Part shown: positions 14,114 to 26,518 of the stretch, piece by piece
Position numbering within the stretch: position 1 is the first letter of the stretch
How the letters are laid out: each line of letters opens with the position of its first letter
Assembly: GCA_964035575.1 (NCBI GenBank)
Contig: OZ037847.1
Coordinates: 1,612,001 to 1,676,000, forward strand
Source: Rhynchopus sp. YZ270_cl-10
Taxonomy: Eukaryota
Direction: 5' to 3'
DNA: 64,000 nucleotides
The notes under the pieces: model-generated
Database searches by the model: none
Told to the model about the DNA's origin: nothing
Seen by the model: only the letters and a program-made list of their open reading frames with translations
Translations under genes and position numbers: made by a program

Positions 14114-16754
14114 GAAGAAGCTTGGTGTGGGGTGCAGTAGGGGGGAGCAAGAGATGGGCAAGGGAGAGAGGAAACATTGCAGATGGTCTTTTGTTTCGGT
14201 ATTTTGTTCGTCCTACGTTGGGCACCTTTGTTAGAGAAAGATTGTGGTCAAGAAGGTGGCTAAGCTCAGAGAGGCTTATATTCATATTACAAACATTTTT
14301 TTTTTTTCCTTTTGTTCCGATGTGGGTGCGTGTAGTGCACATCCCCTTGTCTTTTTCAAGGTTTCTTTTCCCCCCTTTGCGTGTCCCAGCGCGATAACGA
14401 TAGTGGAATAATATGTGTATGTGATTGCACAGTGAGACGCTCTCAAATTTTATTTTATTTTTGTCTTCACAAAGGTGACGAAGCCTGAAAACAGCTTTAT
14501 CTCACCTTTTACCTTCTTTATTTTTCATACAAAAGTTGCGATTTCTTTGTGTGTGTGTGTGATTCAAAGCACGTAAGACTTAGGTTTATCTTACAAAAAA
14601 AATGGCTATTCAAATGATAACCTATATTGGCGTTGATACGGTGGTTTTATTGCATTTGGTGACAATTTTGAGCACTCCTAATTTTTGGAGTTGCATAAAA
14701 ATGATGCTCAAAACCGCGAAATTCTTGCTTAATTTGCATTTTTTTGGGCTCAGTTAGGTCCACAGTAGTGGTGGTATTTTTCAAGTCGAGGGTACAGAAA
14801 ATTGTCACCAAATGCAATGAAAACCTTTTAAATAGTGTGCGGAACTGAAAAGAACCCCCTTTTTTTTTAGCAGTTTTTGAAAAAGCCTTTTGCATTTTAT
14901 TTTTGCAAGAAAATAAAAAGGGCACCCCATTTCTCTCGATGTATCCACAGTACTGAAACACTCACTGTTGCTGTACTTTTTTTTGAGGCACACACAAAGA
15001 CAACTTGAAAGTGTGTGCACGAGAGTCTTGGTACTCTTGCAGTTCGTCTCTTTTATATAGCGCCCTTTTCATTTTGATTTTTTTTTGTCACAAATTACAT
15101 CCTTAAAGTTTAGTTATGTCAAGAGGTGATTTTGTTTTGTTTAGTTATATGTTTGTCTTGTTCCTCTTCCTCTTCCACTTCGAGCTGACCCCATATCCTT
15201 CTTTCTTTATTCAAAAAAAAAAAGGCGACATTGAGTACAGATCCTGCACTAGCAGGTGATTGTCGACACAACAAAAACAGCATAGCTTGCATAGGGCAAC
15301 TACACTATTCCAACAATTCTTCAAAGAAAAAGGGGGCAATATTGGAATACCATATGTTATTTCAATGATGTAGGTGACCCCTTTTTGCCAGTTGTGTGCG
15401 TTTAGGAAAGGCAACTTCCTATTAAGCCCGCCGACTCCATTTTGGAGCTTCCAGGACCGTATGATTCGTTCCCTAAGGAATGGTTAAGAAAAGTTTTTCG
15501 AAAAAGAAAAATAAACGTAATGACACCAAAATGACGTCAGACCAGGGATCCCAATTGTCTCACGTCTGCCAGACTCTTCGGGGAGAGATGTCTGTAAGTA
15601 GTTCCTAGCCACCGCATGGCATTGAGGACAGAACCTACCTCCTTGGTGGGCGATTGTCGATGCAAACAAAACGAAATAAGTGCTTGGTCCCCAGAAGGTC
15701 CAACAATGCGAGTAGGTATTTTTATTTTTATTTTTTCATCAGTGTTTGCGTCCGTCCATGTAGGTGAGGCGTTTGCATGTTTCAACTTTCTATTTGTAGG
15801 ACATACTTTGTGGTTGTAAAAAAATAATGTCGAATTTCGTGTCTTTTCTCTCTGTGTCTTTGTTGCACAGTATCATTGGGGGTATGGGGTGATTTTTTAT
15901 AGCTGAATAAAAAAAACAGCAAAACGTGTCAACTACTATCAGAGCAAAATCCTTTTCTGATACGAATTCCACCTCTCTGAGACCTTTATTTTTTTTCCAT
16001 TTTTTATCCTTACCCCATTTCTGTACTTCAGGAAAAAAGGGGATATTTTTTTGGTTCACTCACGTCGCACCCTTCGCATGAGCTCGACCGATCACGAGCT
16101 GCATTTTAGCACGTTTCAACTACTCTTTTTTCTCTTTCCTGCGTCCGTAAACCGACTTGGTTGGTAGCGTACCAACTGAACAAAATACATAGTGGAGCAC
16201 ACTCTAGGGTGGCTACACTAATACAACCAAGTTTTCAAAATACGAATATAGGGGGGGCTCCATACAAGGCGAAAAGGAGAGATTTGAGATGCTATTTTTT
16301 GCCAATCTTTTCTATTTTGCGTTATGTGTCTGCACGTTGGTCGACACATCCATCTGGAAAAATTTACCCCTCCTTTTTTTTTTTTTGTGTCTTTTAGCCA
16401 GGCTCTCCGCTAGGATTTCCGATTTTGAAAATGTTCTGTTGATGGTCCACGTGGTGGGGTACATGCTTGCGCCGCAGGCGCACGGTACGCAACTTTTTTT
16501 TTTTCAACGCCCGATTTTGACTTTTTTGGGACGTTTGAGCACTCACCTCTCCATATCTTCTTCTCCTGAGCTTTTTTGACAAGTAGAACGGGTCTGAACC
16601 ACTCAGCAGAACTTTTTTTTTTTTTTTTTTTTCCCCATTTTCAAAAAGTTCTGTTGACAATCAACAGAACTTTAGTACCTAGCGGAGTGCCTGCTTTTAG
16701 CTCTCACAACCCTACAGAGGGTTAAAAGGAAACGTAAGCATTCTGCTCTCAGAA

Positions 16755-16895
16755 GGAATCTCATTGGTACATCCATGTGTCTCAGAAGACGAGGCATGTG
16801 GATACCTTAAGATCCCGCCGTTTGCCCTCGACCTGATCTCTCAGCGTTGATATTCAGGGTGGGCAGAAGTCACTTTAAAAGAGTCACAGTCACTC
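16755..16895 (-). pseudogene. Decayed, rearranged LSU (28S) rRNA domain IV fragment
   Basis: The + strand reads GGAATCTC...GACGAGGCATGTGGATACCTTAAGA-TCCCGCCGTTTGCCC...TTGATATTCAG..TGGGCAGAAGTCAC. This is colinear with the antisense of the conserved eukaryotic LSU helix 67-72 region. Confidence 0.8.
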
Positions 16896-17736
16896 AGCAA
16901 CAAACCTTACACCTGGACGTTCCCCCCCCTACCCTACCCCGCCTGTCCCTTCATACCCGACTTTCCCTAAAATCGCAATGTTTTCAGAGAAGACTCTCTT
17001 GAAAACTCTTTTTTTTAAAATAACAGCTCTCGAAGTCACTGGGTTAAATACAATACCCCTATACCCGAACCCCCCTACCCCCCTAAATACGATACACCCA
17101 ATCGAGAAATGGGGGGGTATTTTTTCTTGTTACTAGCTCTGGCGGCACGTTGTTCTGTGTGGGCTCGCCGGGTCTCGCGATCCGACTGGATACCTTTTTA
17201 CTCAGTATCAGGGTACGGTACCGTTGGTGCTTTAGTGAGTGAGTTGGCACGTTGTGTAGACATGTTCTGGGGTGTTTGAACTGCTCTATGATATGGGGTT
17301 GTATGTACGAGGCACAGCTTTTTTTCTTAAAAAAATTGTTCTTCTTTTTTTCTCTTTCATCCCTTCATGTAGTGTGGAAACATGCTGACAAGGAGGGGGT
17401 CCGATATCTTCCGTTTGCACGGAGGGTTAGGGAAGAGCAAGAAGAAATGGAGCGCTCCAACCTTTTTTTCAGTTTCTCAGAATGTCCTCTTCTCTTCATC
17501 GTACGTCTCTGTTATCTTTCTAGGGGTGGGGGGGAATCAAGAGATCATTTGTGTTGGGTGTAAAAAATTCAGTTCATTTGTCTGGGTTTTTGCAATGTAA
17601 TAGGCCAATCGCATGAGTCGTGTTGTTCGACCAAGAATGTCAGAATTAAACATTTGTCAGCATCACCACTAACAGCCAGAGAAGTGTGTGTTTGATAACT
17701 AATACGGGCAATTCTTGCGAAAATTGGTTTTGACAA

Positions 17737-17870
17737 CACGGCGGACTGGTCAGGGGGACTACTAGTAGTGGTACCACCAAATGACTAGTGTTTTGCGACT
17801 AGTGTTGCACCAGTAACGCTACTAGTTGAGCATTAGTCGTTACGACTGGTAGTTCCTGACTGCCTCCGTG
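17737..17870. mobile_element. CAC-type MITE, ACTAGT-rich subfamily
   Basis: Ends CACGGCGGACTGGTCAGG / CCTGACTGCCTCCGTG, AA on both flanks, repeated ACTAGT inside. Relative at 52891. Confidence 0.75.
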
Positions 17871-17960
17871 AAAAGTAACAGTGCCCCCCCCCCCCCCCGA
17901 GCCCCGCCTAGAAAGGTAGTGCTGTTGTTGGAACGGCTTTTCCTGCGAGGTCCTGCATAT

Positions 17961-18060
17961 TGGTTTTCATGCGTCGTATCCGGATCCAGATCCAGGTGGC
18001 CACCGAAAAATCCCAGATCTGGAACACCCGGAGTCTGGATCCGGACACCCATGAAAGCCA
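17961..18060. mobile_element. Small foldback/MITE-like element
   Basis: Imperfect inverted arms TGGTTTTCATGCGTCGTATCCGGATCCAGA / TCTGGATCCGGACACCCATGAAAGCCA. No clear TSD. Confidence 0.55.
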
Positions 18061-18249
18061 TGGGTTTTGTTTTTATACCTAAAGCGTAGCTTAAAGGAGA
18101 AATAGTTCCTCAGATACGGTCGCCAATCACCCCCTCCAACAGGGTAATTGTGCAATCAACGAAAAAACCTTTTTTTTCCCTTTTACTTATCAGAGTTACT
18201 ATTTTTGTTTCGATCTATTGGATTCATGAAAAATATTAAAAAACGATAT

Positions 18250-18371
18250 TGGTGTGGCTGGAGGGGAGGGGTGATTCGCACTTTTTTACTTCTTGCGCAC
18301 TTTTTTCACCCCACACCAAAAAAATTTTGAGGGCTGATGCGCACTTTTGCGCCCCCATTCAGCCACACCAG
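18250..18371. mobile_element. Small MITE flanked by ATAT
   Basis: Arms TGGTGTGGCTGGAGGGG / CCCCATTCAGCCACACCAG, with ATAT at 18246-18249 and 18372-18375. Internal GCGCACTTTT repeats. Confidence 0.65.
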
Positions 18372-18626
18372 ATATTGTTACATTTTTCTGGCTTCTTTAA
18401 GGCATTTCTAGATGGCCGTTAAACTTCTTTGCAAGGCTTAGGTCATCCCGCTTTTCTCTTCATGTCTTTTTGTTTTTTTGTTATTTTTTTTTTGCAAACA
18501 GTATAACCTATCGTGACATAGGTTTGTCGATACAAACGTATCACCCATTCTCCAGGAAACCATAGGAAAGCCTGATTTTGAAGTCAATTTTGGTAGACAA
18601 TTCTTTCGGACAATTTTTTTTTATAT

Positions 18627-19674
18627 GGCAGCGTCCGCGAAAGACCCCCCCCTAAAGCTAACATCCATGCTTATTGGTATTTCACTAATTAAAATTTTGG
18701 TATTTTATAAGATTTTTTTTTTACAATGAACTCAGAGTTAAGTTTCTGAGCTCATTAAAAAAAAAATCGGTGAAAAATTCCGAGTAGGTATTAATTTAGA
18801 TAGGAAAAGCTATGTCAACAGCTATGTGTCCCCTTATTTTACCTGTAAATACTAAGGATATACAAGGAAATCCTCACAAACACCCATATAACCACCCATA
18901 GAACAACACAACAGGGGGAAATGTAATCAGCAGCCAAAGCATTCGCTCAGGAGCTGAAAACCCGGCCTTTCCGAGGCCTAAAAAACTTCGCCGAGCTGCA
19001 GGTGTATGCAGGGGTCCACTGGCAGGGGGGCAAAGGGTGGGGCGCGAGGAGCTGGATGCGCGAGGTGTGTAGCTCGAAGCATATGTCCCTCCATATGCAG
19101 AAGACAACCACCAGGAGAAAAGGGGTGTCCGCCGTTTACTACTCCTGTAGTTGCATCAGCGACACCCTCAGGACAGTGACAGCGAGACGGAGGAGGAAGA
19201 GGAGGAACAGGCGGACAATTGTCTGTAACTCTTGGAGAGACTCATCACGGAGGTCAATAGGGTCACTCAAAAAAGGGGGTTTTCTGCGAGAAAGTCGACG
19301 TCGCCGCAGACGACCCGGAGCGTGAAGCTCTTTCGCGCTCTATTTAGAGTGTTCGGAGGGGGCGACAAGCCTCCACCCCCCTTTCCTCCCCCCCCTTTTT
19401 GATAATGGGTTTAGAGACAGATATTAGTGAATTCCTTCCTATATCCTTAGTATTTACAGGTAAAATAAGGGGACACATAGCTGCTGACATAGCTTTTCCT
19501 ATCTAAATTAATACCTACTCGGAATTTTTCACCGATTTTTTTTTTAATGAACTCAGAAACTTAACTCTGAGTTCATTGTAAAAAAAAATCTTATAAAATA
19601 CCAAAATTTTAATTAGTGAAATACCAATAAGCATGGATGTTAGCTTTAGGGGGGGGTCTTTCGCGGACGCTCCC
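18627..19674. mobile_element. 1.05-kb non-autonomous DNA transposon with ~230-bp TIRs, copy 1
   Basis: TIRs start GG(C/G)AGCGTCCGCGAAAGACCCC and run to about TAAGGATATA. ATAT on both flanks. Near-identical copy at 24990. Confidence 0.95.
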
Positions 19675-20092
19675 ATATGCGTAATGCTATGTTGGGCGTA
19701 CGAAGATTTAACGAATTTGTACTCTGTTTTTTTTCTTCTTTTTTTGGCGTTCCCAACATTTTTACGTACAGTGTACCACACGATGCACGCCACCCCACCC
19801 CTGGTCCCTCTATCCGTACACCTTAGCTTGTTCGCTTCAAAACCCCCTCATGCACAGCTTCACGCTCTGCCGCACGCGACCATTTTTTTTTTCCTCTCTA
19901 ACTCACAACAACCCTCCCCCTCCCCTCACAATATTGTTCTTCTCTGTTCTGTTTCGTTCTGGTTGAAAAATAATTGTTATTTTGTTCAGAAAAAAAAAAA
20001 ATAGCGCTTGTTTTGACGTCTTGCTCCCCCTGTCCCTCTCCTCTCTCCCTTTCTGTCCTTCACGTACCCTCCAGAGTACACAAGCAACCTGC

Positions 20093-20860
20093 ATGCGACG
20101 TGCCCTTCTGGCGCAACAGACGCTTCGGAAGACACAGCGGATGGTTACCCTGGTTACATTCGACATCGATGGGACAATCATCCACTCGAAGGCACTGAAG
20201 GACGGTCAGGAGAGCAACTCCCTGCACAAACAAGCCCTCCACCACGGCGCCAAGGCTGCAGCAGACGTGGACGTTCACGTACGCGAGGTAGAATACCATG
20301 GCTGCACCGACATGGGCATCGTGAAGGACATGCTAGAGCTTCGTGGGGTCACTGCGACAGATGCGATCCTGGCTCAGGCGATGAAAGTTGCGTCAACCTT
20401 TGGGGAAGACGAGGACTGGGCACACAGTATTGAGCTGCTGCCTGGGGTCGAGACACTACTGAAGCGCCTGAGTGAGACGGACGACGTTTGTGTAGCCCTT
20501 GTGACGGGCAACGTAGAGGAGATTGCGTGGCGCAAGATGGACTCCCTGGATGTTGGTGGGTTGTTCAGCAAGCCTAGGTTTGGCGGCTTTGGTGGGTACT
20601 TCCGACGTCGTGCGGAGTGCGTGCAGCATGCCAACAAGGTGGCCAAGGAACGCCATGGTGACATCACACGATCATTCCACATAGGCGATGCACCGGCAGA
20701 CATCTCTGCTGCAACAGAGTCGCACGTCACACCCATCGGCGTCCTCACAGGCAAGTTCACCAAAGATGAACTCCACTCCGCAGCAACGGACGGCAAAGCC
20801 CCTGCTATCTTCGCAGATCTCTCAGACACCGAGACTGTTCTGAAGTTGATTCTTGGATAA
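20093..20860 (+). CDS. HAD-superfamily hydrolase (phosphoglycolate phosphatase-like)
   Basis: Motif I FDIDGT, motif II LVTGN, motif IV HIGDAPAD. Arg-rich acid-free N-terminus MRRALLAQQTLRK suggests a mitochondrial presequence. Intronless. Confidence 0.9.
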   Translation: MRRALLAQQTLRKTQRMVTLVTFDIDGTIIHSKALKDGQESNSLHKQALHHGAKAAADVDVHVREVEYHGCTDMGIVKDMLELRGVTATDAILAQAMKVASTFGEDEDWAHSIELLPGVETLLKRLSETDDVCVALVTGNVEEIAWRKMDSLDVGGLFSKPRFGGFGGYFRRRAECVQHANKVAKERHGDITRSFHIGDAPADISAATESHVTPIGVLTGKFTKDELHSAATDGKAPAIFADLSDTETVLKLILG

Positions 20861-22166
20861 AATGCGATTTTTTTTTATTGTGTATAAAAAAGGGAGGAAG
20901 AGACGTCTTTTTTAGGTGTTTTTGGGGGTAGTTTTTTTTTTGGATTTCGACAACTCAAAAATAATAATACTTGGCATAACGCACCTTGATTCACTTCAAT
21001 ATTTTTGATTCTTTTGAAGTGGGCCTCCAACGTTTCTCTTTACAATGTAGCCCTTCCCCTTTCGAACGTACCCCTCCGTCCCCTCAGAGATGACAAGAGA
21101 TGTTTACATCTTCACCTTTTATCTGATGTGTGCACCAGAGGTGCATTCGTCGTTCAAGATTTTTCTTTTTTTTTTAAAAGAAAGATGGCAACATTTTTTG
21201 TTGATCCCCTCACCATATACTATCAATTTATTGATTGCATATGATGAAAATACTTCTTTTTTTTGATCAGAGTCTTTTGTACGCAAATGTACACGATTAG
21301 AACCAGTTTCCCGCGTTTGAATTACTAATTTGACGCGTAGTCAATAGAAGGGTTACTGTAGTAATAGCTATTATTCTTCAAAAAAAAAAAAAAATTCTCT
21401 TGTCTCGGTCCTTCTTCTGAAAAGAAAGGCCAGATCTAAGGCCTTTTCGTGAGTGAACTTTTTTTGGAAAGTGGAGATTTGCACAACTGTGGCAACACAA
21501 ACCGAGACAACTCTACTCCAATAACAAAAAAAAAGATAAAAAATGCCCCTCTTTTGCTCAACCCTATACCCACCCAGGTCTTTCTTTGTAATTTTTTTTG
21601 AGCTTTGGCATTTGGTAAGGAAATGTAACAAAACATCTTCAATGGAAAAAGAAACGAACAAAATCGAAAAACTTAAAATAAAAAAAAACAGGCCACAGTT
21701 CATATTTGCCTCATATCTGCTACGCTATCGCTATGTAGGATGAAGGTTGAGCTGTCTGCAAGTACCCTAGCTCTTTTTTTTGGGGTGATATTGAGCACAC
21801 AACCCACCTTTTTGGTGGGTGATTCTCGATTGTACTACAAAAAAATAAAACAAAATAAAAAAACGTCCGTGCAAAAATAATAATCTACACGCAGAATGAG
21901 GGCAACACAACATGCCCATTCTGCCCTGTTTGGTATGGGTCTGAAAATTGATTCAAAAATTTGTGCAAAAAAATTCCCCTTCCCCCTTCCCCTTCCACCT
22001 GACTACAAACATTCTGTCTTTTTACTCCAAAGTAAAATTCAACGGAAATAACTAGACACCCTCTCTTCTTTTACATCGAACAAAGGATGAAACTTCCCCC
22101 CAGAAACAACAACCCATCCAGATTCTTTACACATTTTATAAAAAATAACACCTCACACTTTTCTTA

Positions 22167-23459
22167 ATGGGACTAAGCGATACAGAGAAGGCATCTATTA
22201 AGGCCGAGACCGCTCAGGTGGTGCGACTCGAGTCTCTGATCGACCATGAAAAGGATGTCGTACGGAAGGTAAGGTTATCTTACGTCGATGACAATAAGGG
22301 GCGAGGCATGGTGGCGACACAAGCACTCGCAAAGGACGAGGTGTTTCTGAGCGTCCCTGCACACCTATTATACTGCTGCCCACAGGACCCACAAGACGCA
22401 ACACGCGCCTTAAGCAATGTACACCGCCTGGTCTGCAAGCTCCTTACCGACAGAGCGACGCACGACGACACACTTACCTCCGAATGGCTGGGCATGCTGC
22501 CCACCGACTTCAACTCCATCGTCACCTGGGAGGACAACGCCATCGCACTGCTTGGCACCACCATGCGCAAATCTATGGCAAAAAAGCTGAAGTCCGACCT
22601 CACCTCTGAATACAAATCCGTCTGCAACGATCTTGACGCGAACTTCTCCTACGAAGACTTCTGCTGGGGACACTGCGTCGTGCACACTAGAGGGTTTTCG
22701 TTTCGAGGCGGTGATTGGACGTTGATACCCTACGCTGATATGTTCAACCACCACCCAGATGGATGCGACAGATTTGAGTACGTTGAGGACGAAGGCGCCT
22801 TTGTCTTCACTGCAGATAGGGCATATGCCGAAGGGGATGAAGTACTGCTGAAGTACAACAAGGTTGGAGGATGGGAGCAGCTCGCAAACTACGGCTTCCT
22901 CGACACCGATGCGCGCAATGCGACGTTCCCCATATGCCTCTTACCACCTGAGCTGACCCTTCCCCCTACAGATCTGGACACACTACAGCAACGTTCGCTT
23001 GATGAACACCGGCTCTCTTTAGGGTTGACACGGAAGGGACCTACAAAGGATGCTATGAAGGCAATGAGGCTACGGTTTCTCTCTACAGCGGATAGTGGTG
23101 GAGATGCCATGCGGTGCTCCTTTGCAAGCAAGGTGAGTCTAGAAAACGAATGGAACTGCTGGGTCGCGATGTGTGCGTACTGTCGCAATGCGTTGGAGAT
23201 GTTTGACTTCACAGAGGCAGAGGATACGGCGCAGTTGGAAGATGAAACGCTGTCACGAAACTGCAAGCTAGCAGTGCAGCTGCGGGCAACAGATCGAAGC
23301 ATGCTCAAAGAGTCTGCCCTGCAGGCACACCGTATGCAGCTTGTCATCGCAAAGCAGATGGTTCTGATAGCAGAAGACACCCCGTATAATGGAGGGACAG
23401 ACGCAGAGGCTGCGTTGCGGCTGTCCAGAGAAGTCTCGGTTTTGCGTGCGATTCAGTAA
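22167..23459 (+). CDS. SET-domain methyltransferase (SETD3/SETD4/Rubisco LSMT-like)
   Basis: GRGMVA, TRGF, LIPYADMFNH, GDEVLLKY and NYGF motifs, then an LSMT substrate-binding-like C-terminal region. 430-aa intronless ORF. Confidence 0.9.
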   Translation: MGLSDTEKASIKAETAQVVRLESLIDHEKDVVRKVRLSYVDDNKGRGMVATQALAKDEVFLSVPAHLLYCCPQDPQDATRALSNVHRLVCKLLTDRATHDDTLTSEWLGMLPTDFNSIVTWEDNAIALLGTTMRKSMAKKLKSDLTSEYKSVCNDLDANFSYEDFCWGHCVVHTRGFSFRGGDWTLIPYADMFNHHPDGCDRFEYVEDEGAFVFTADRAYAEGDEVLLKYNKVGGWEQLANYGFLDTDARNATFPICLLPPELTLPPTDLDTLQQRSLDEHRLSLGLTRKGPTKDAMKAMRLRFLSTADSGGDAMRCSFASKVSLENEWNCWVAMCAYCRNALEMFDFTEAEDTAQLEDETLSRNCKLAVQLRATDRSMLKESALQAHRMQLVIAKQMVLIAEDTPYNGGTDAEAALRLSREVSVLRAIQ

Positions 23460-23651
23460 TATATATTGGTCGTGATTGAACCCTGGGTTGTAGAGGGGGT
23501 GGGTCTAAGTTGATTTGTTAACATAAAATTTCCCCCTTTTTTGCATCAAAATGTTTACCACACCCACCCATCAGACCATACAGCACACAGGATCCCCCCC
23601 TTTCGTCTCACTGCGCGGTCGCCTCGACACGGCCCTGGCAGGTGACGAACA

Positions 23652-24813
23652 ATGACGGAGGGACGGTTCGAGGCTTCAGTGCACTGCGGGGTATGTAGAG
23701 GGTCTCTTGCAAGCTCTTTGTATTCTTCACGACGCTGCATCAAAAAGATGAACAGTTGTCGACTCCAAAATCGGTACTTTTTTTTCTTTTTTCTGGTTCC
23801 AAACCCTGGAACAACGTTCGAATATGGCAGACCCTTTTTTGGATGTGACCTAACTGTCCCCTACCCCCCTATTCACGTCACCACAGCCGCATGCAAGAGA
23901 GGGGAACCCACATTGGGCGTCGTACAACCGCGATCCTTCTTCTAGCTTCCGGCGATTTGACGCGGAAACACGTCAGAAAGAGTCATGCCCGTTCCACGAC
24001 CTGCGTGCGGAGGGGCAGTTCCAGCCTGAAATACACTGCATCGGGGAGGGGCGGGCGGCACCGGACCCGAACTTCTTTTTGCGCAAGGAGGGGCCCAGGA
24101 TGAACTGTACACTGAACAAAGGGGACCATGTGGGGACGGGCGGCAACCCTGTGCCTTTTGACACAACACCGCAGCCACCTCCATCGAAGCCAAGGACAGA
24201 CAAGCCGTGGGCATCGACAGCAAAGAGCGGCACCTTTGGCACGCACCTCTACGAACCGATTGGATCGCCCGTGAAGCTCTCGCAGGCGGGCAGCAACAAG
24301 CCGCACTTCCATGCAGGCAAGGTGCCCGAGAAGTTCTCAAGCTACAAACACATGATCGACTCCCATGTATCAGAGAAGCAGAAGAAGCCCTTCCGCCTCC
24401 TCTGCGGCAAGGCCAACGGCCTCTTCGACCCGCACGTCCACAAAGGCGAGCGCATGGTCCTCCCCCCACAAGAAAAGCCCAAATCCAAGCCTTCCTTCGC
24501 CCCACCCATCGTGACACGCAGAAATGTTGAAAACACCTTTGGCAAATACCCCGAACACATGCCACATAGCACAGAGGACTACGACCCGAGGCGTAATCTC
24601 AAAAGGAATTTGAAGCCGATTTACACATGGTCCACGAAGACAAAACGGTCGATGCCAATCAGGTATGTGGCTTGTTTATCCATTTGGGCGATCACTTTCC
24701 TCTTCATTACTGTGAATTGAACGTCTGGAACGGTTTCAGGATGGCTTTTTGTTCTACAAAAACACCCACACAGCGCAACATGGACTGTCACCAAAGTGAA
24801 CCCCATTAAGTAA
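23652..24813 (+). CDS. Pro/Lys-rich protein, possibly CFAP96 (C4orf47)-like, 3 exons
   Basis: Exons 23652-23690, 23887-24662, 24774-24813 join in frame. KPF/KPW repeats and TFGKYPEHMPH..DY recall CFAP96. Family call is weak and the start codon is uncertain. Confidence 0.6.
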
Positions 24814-24989
24814 GACATCCCTGCCTCTAAGGGAGAGGCTTAGAATCATCATTGGAGGATCATACACAGGTTGAGGCCCTTCTTTAACAAGAAAAAAAAG
24901 GAGTGGAGCTGGAATCCTAATTTCGATAAAAAATAACAATAATCACTAAAACGATAGCGAGCACTCGACTTCGGGGATCTTCTCCATAT

Positions 24990-26038
24990 GGCAGCGTCCG
25001 CGAAAGACCCCCCCCTAAAGCTAACATCCATGCTTATTGGTATTTCACTAATTAAAATTTTGGTATTTTATAAGATTTTTTTTAAAAATGAACTCAGAGT
25101 TAAGTTTCTGAGTTCATTAAAAAAAAAATCGGTGAAAAATTCCGAGTAGGTATTAATTTAGATAGGAAAAGCTATGTCAACAGCTATGTGTCCCCTTATT
25201 TTACCTGTAAATACTAAGGATATACAAGGAAATCCTCACAAACACCCATATAACCACCCATAGAACAACACAACAGGGGGAAATGTAATCAGCAGCCAAA
25301 GCATTCGCTCAGGAGCTGAAAACCCGGCCTTTCCGAGGCCTAAAAAACTTCGCCGAGCTGCAGGTGTATGCAGGGGTTCACTGGCAGGGGGGCAAAGGGT
25401 GGGGCGCGAGGAGCTGGATGCGCGAGGTGTGTAGCTCGAAGCATATGTCCCTCCATATGCAGAAGACAACCACCAGGAGAAAAGGGGCGTCCGCCGTTTA
25501 CTACTCCTGTAGTTGCATCAGCGACACCCTCAGGAGGACAGTGACAGCGAGACGGAGGAGGAAGAGGAGGAACAGGCGGACAATTATCTGTAACTCTTGG
25601 AGAGACTCATCACTGAGGTCAATAGGGTCACTCAAAAAAGGGGGTTTTCTGCGAGAAAGTCGACGTCGCCGCAGACGACCCGGAGCGTGAAGCTCTTTCG
25701 CGCTCTATTTAGAGTGTTCGGAGGGGACGACAAGCCTCCACCCCCCTTTCCTACCCCCTTTTTGATAATGGGTTTAGAGACAGATATTAGTGAATTCCTT
25801 CCTATATCCTTAGTATTTACAGGTAAAATAAGGGGACACATAGCTGTTGACATAGCTTTTCCTATCTAAATTAATACCTACTCGGAATTTTTCACCGATT
25901 TTTTTTTTAATGAGCTCAGAAACTTAACTCTGAGTTCATTGTAAAAAAAAAATCTTATAAAATACCAAAATTTTAATTAGTGAAATACCAATAAGCATGG
26001 ATGTTAGCTTTAGGGGGGGGTCTTTCGCGGACGCTCCC
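24990..26038. mobile_element. 1.05-kb non-autonomous DNA transposon with ~230-bp TIRs, copy 2
   Basis: Same orientation as 18627-19674 and only scattered differences from it. ATAT on both flanks, unrelated sequence outside. Confidence 0.95.
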
Positions 26039-26518
26039 ATATCTTTTTTTCGTTTCCTCACATATTTTTTCGACTCCTTTTTTCTGAAGAGGACGTGGGG
26101 AAGGCGAAAGCGGAACCAACGGAACCGGCCGCATTGTTTACGCTCCGGGGTTCGATAACCCACGGAGCGTCGATGTGCCTGCGTCCCAGAGGCGTTGGCA
26201 CTACCGACTTCACTTTTTTCTACGCGTGTCTGCACCCCGTAGGGTGCCTACATGTCATCAACTTCACTATTTTCTCTTTTTCACAAAAAAAAACCCCCCG
26301 ATAATAAACCCCCGAATTCTTTTTTGCTCACTTCCGTCAGCAAAGTTAAAACAAAGAAAACAAAGAAAACCAAAATAGTAGTATGGGAAAACAAACACCC
26401 CCCCTTTTCATTTCACCATTCCCCCCTCCTCTCTTGTCTCCTCTCTTCACGTCCATCCATCCATCAGCTTTTATTTTTTTTTACAAAAGCGCCTTTTTTT
26501 GGGTCTGAAAAGTCACCA

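Noticed and set aside
16650..16754. Extension of the antisense LSU relic
   Set aside because: Only faint similarity (CAATCAACAG...), too weak to call by eye.
19002..19325. 107-aa ORF inside the long-TIR element as a functional gene
   Set aside because: It has no usable ATG start (the in-frame ATG is followed by TAA) and no catalytic motifs. Treated as a remnant.
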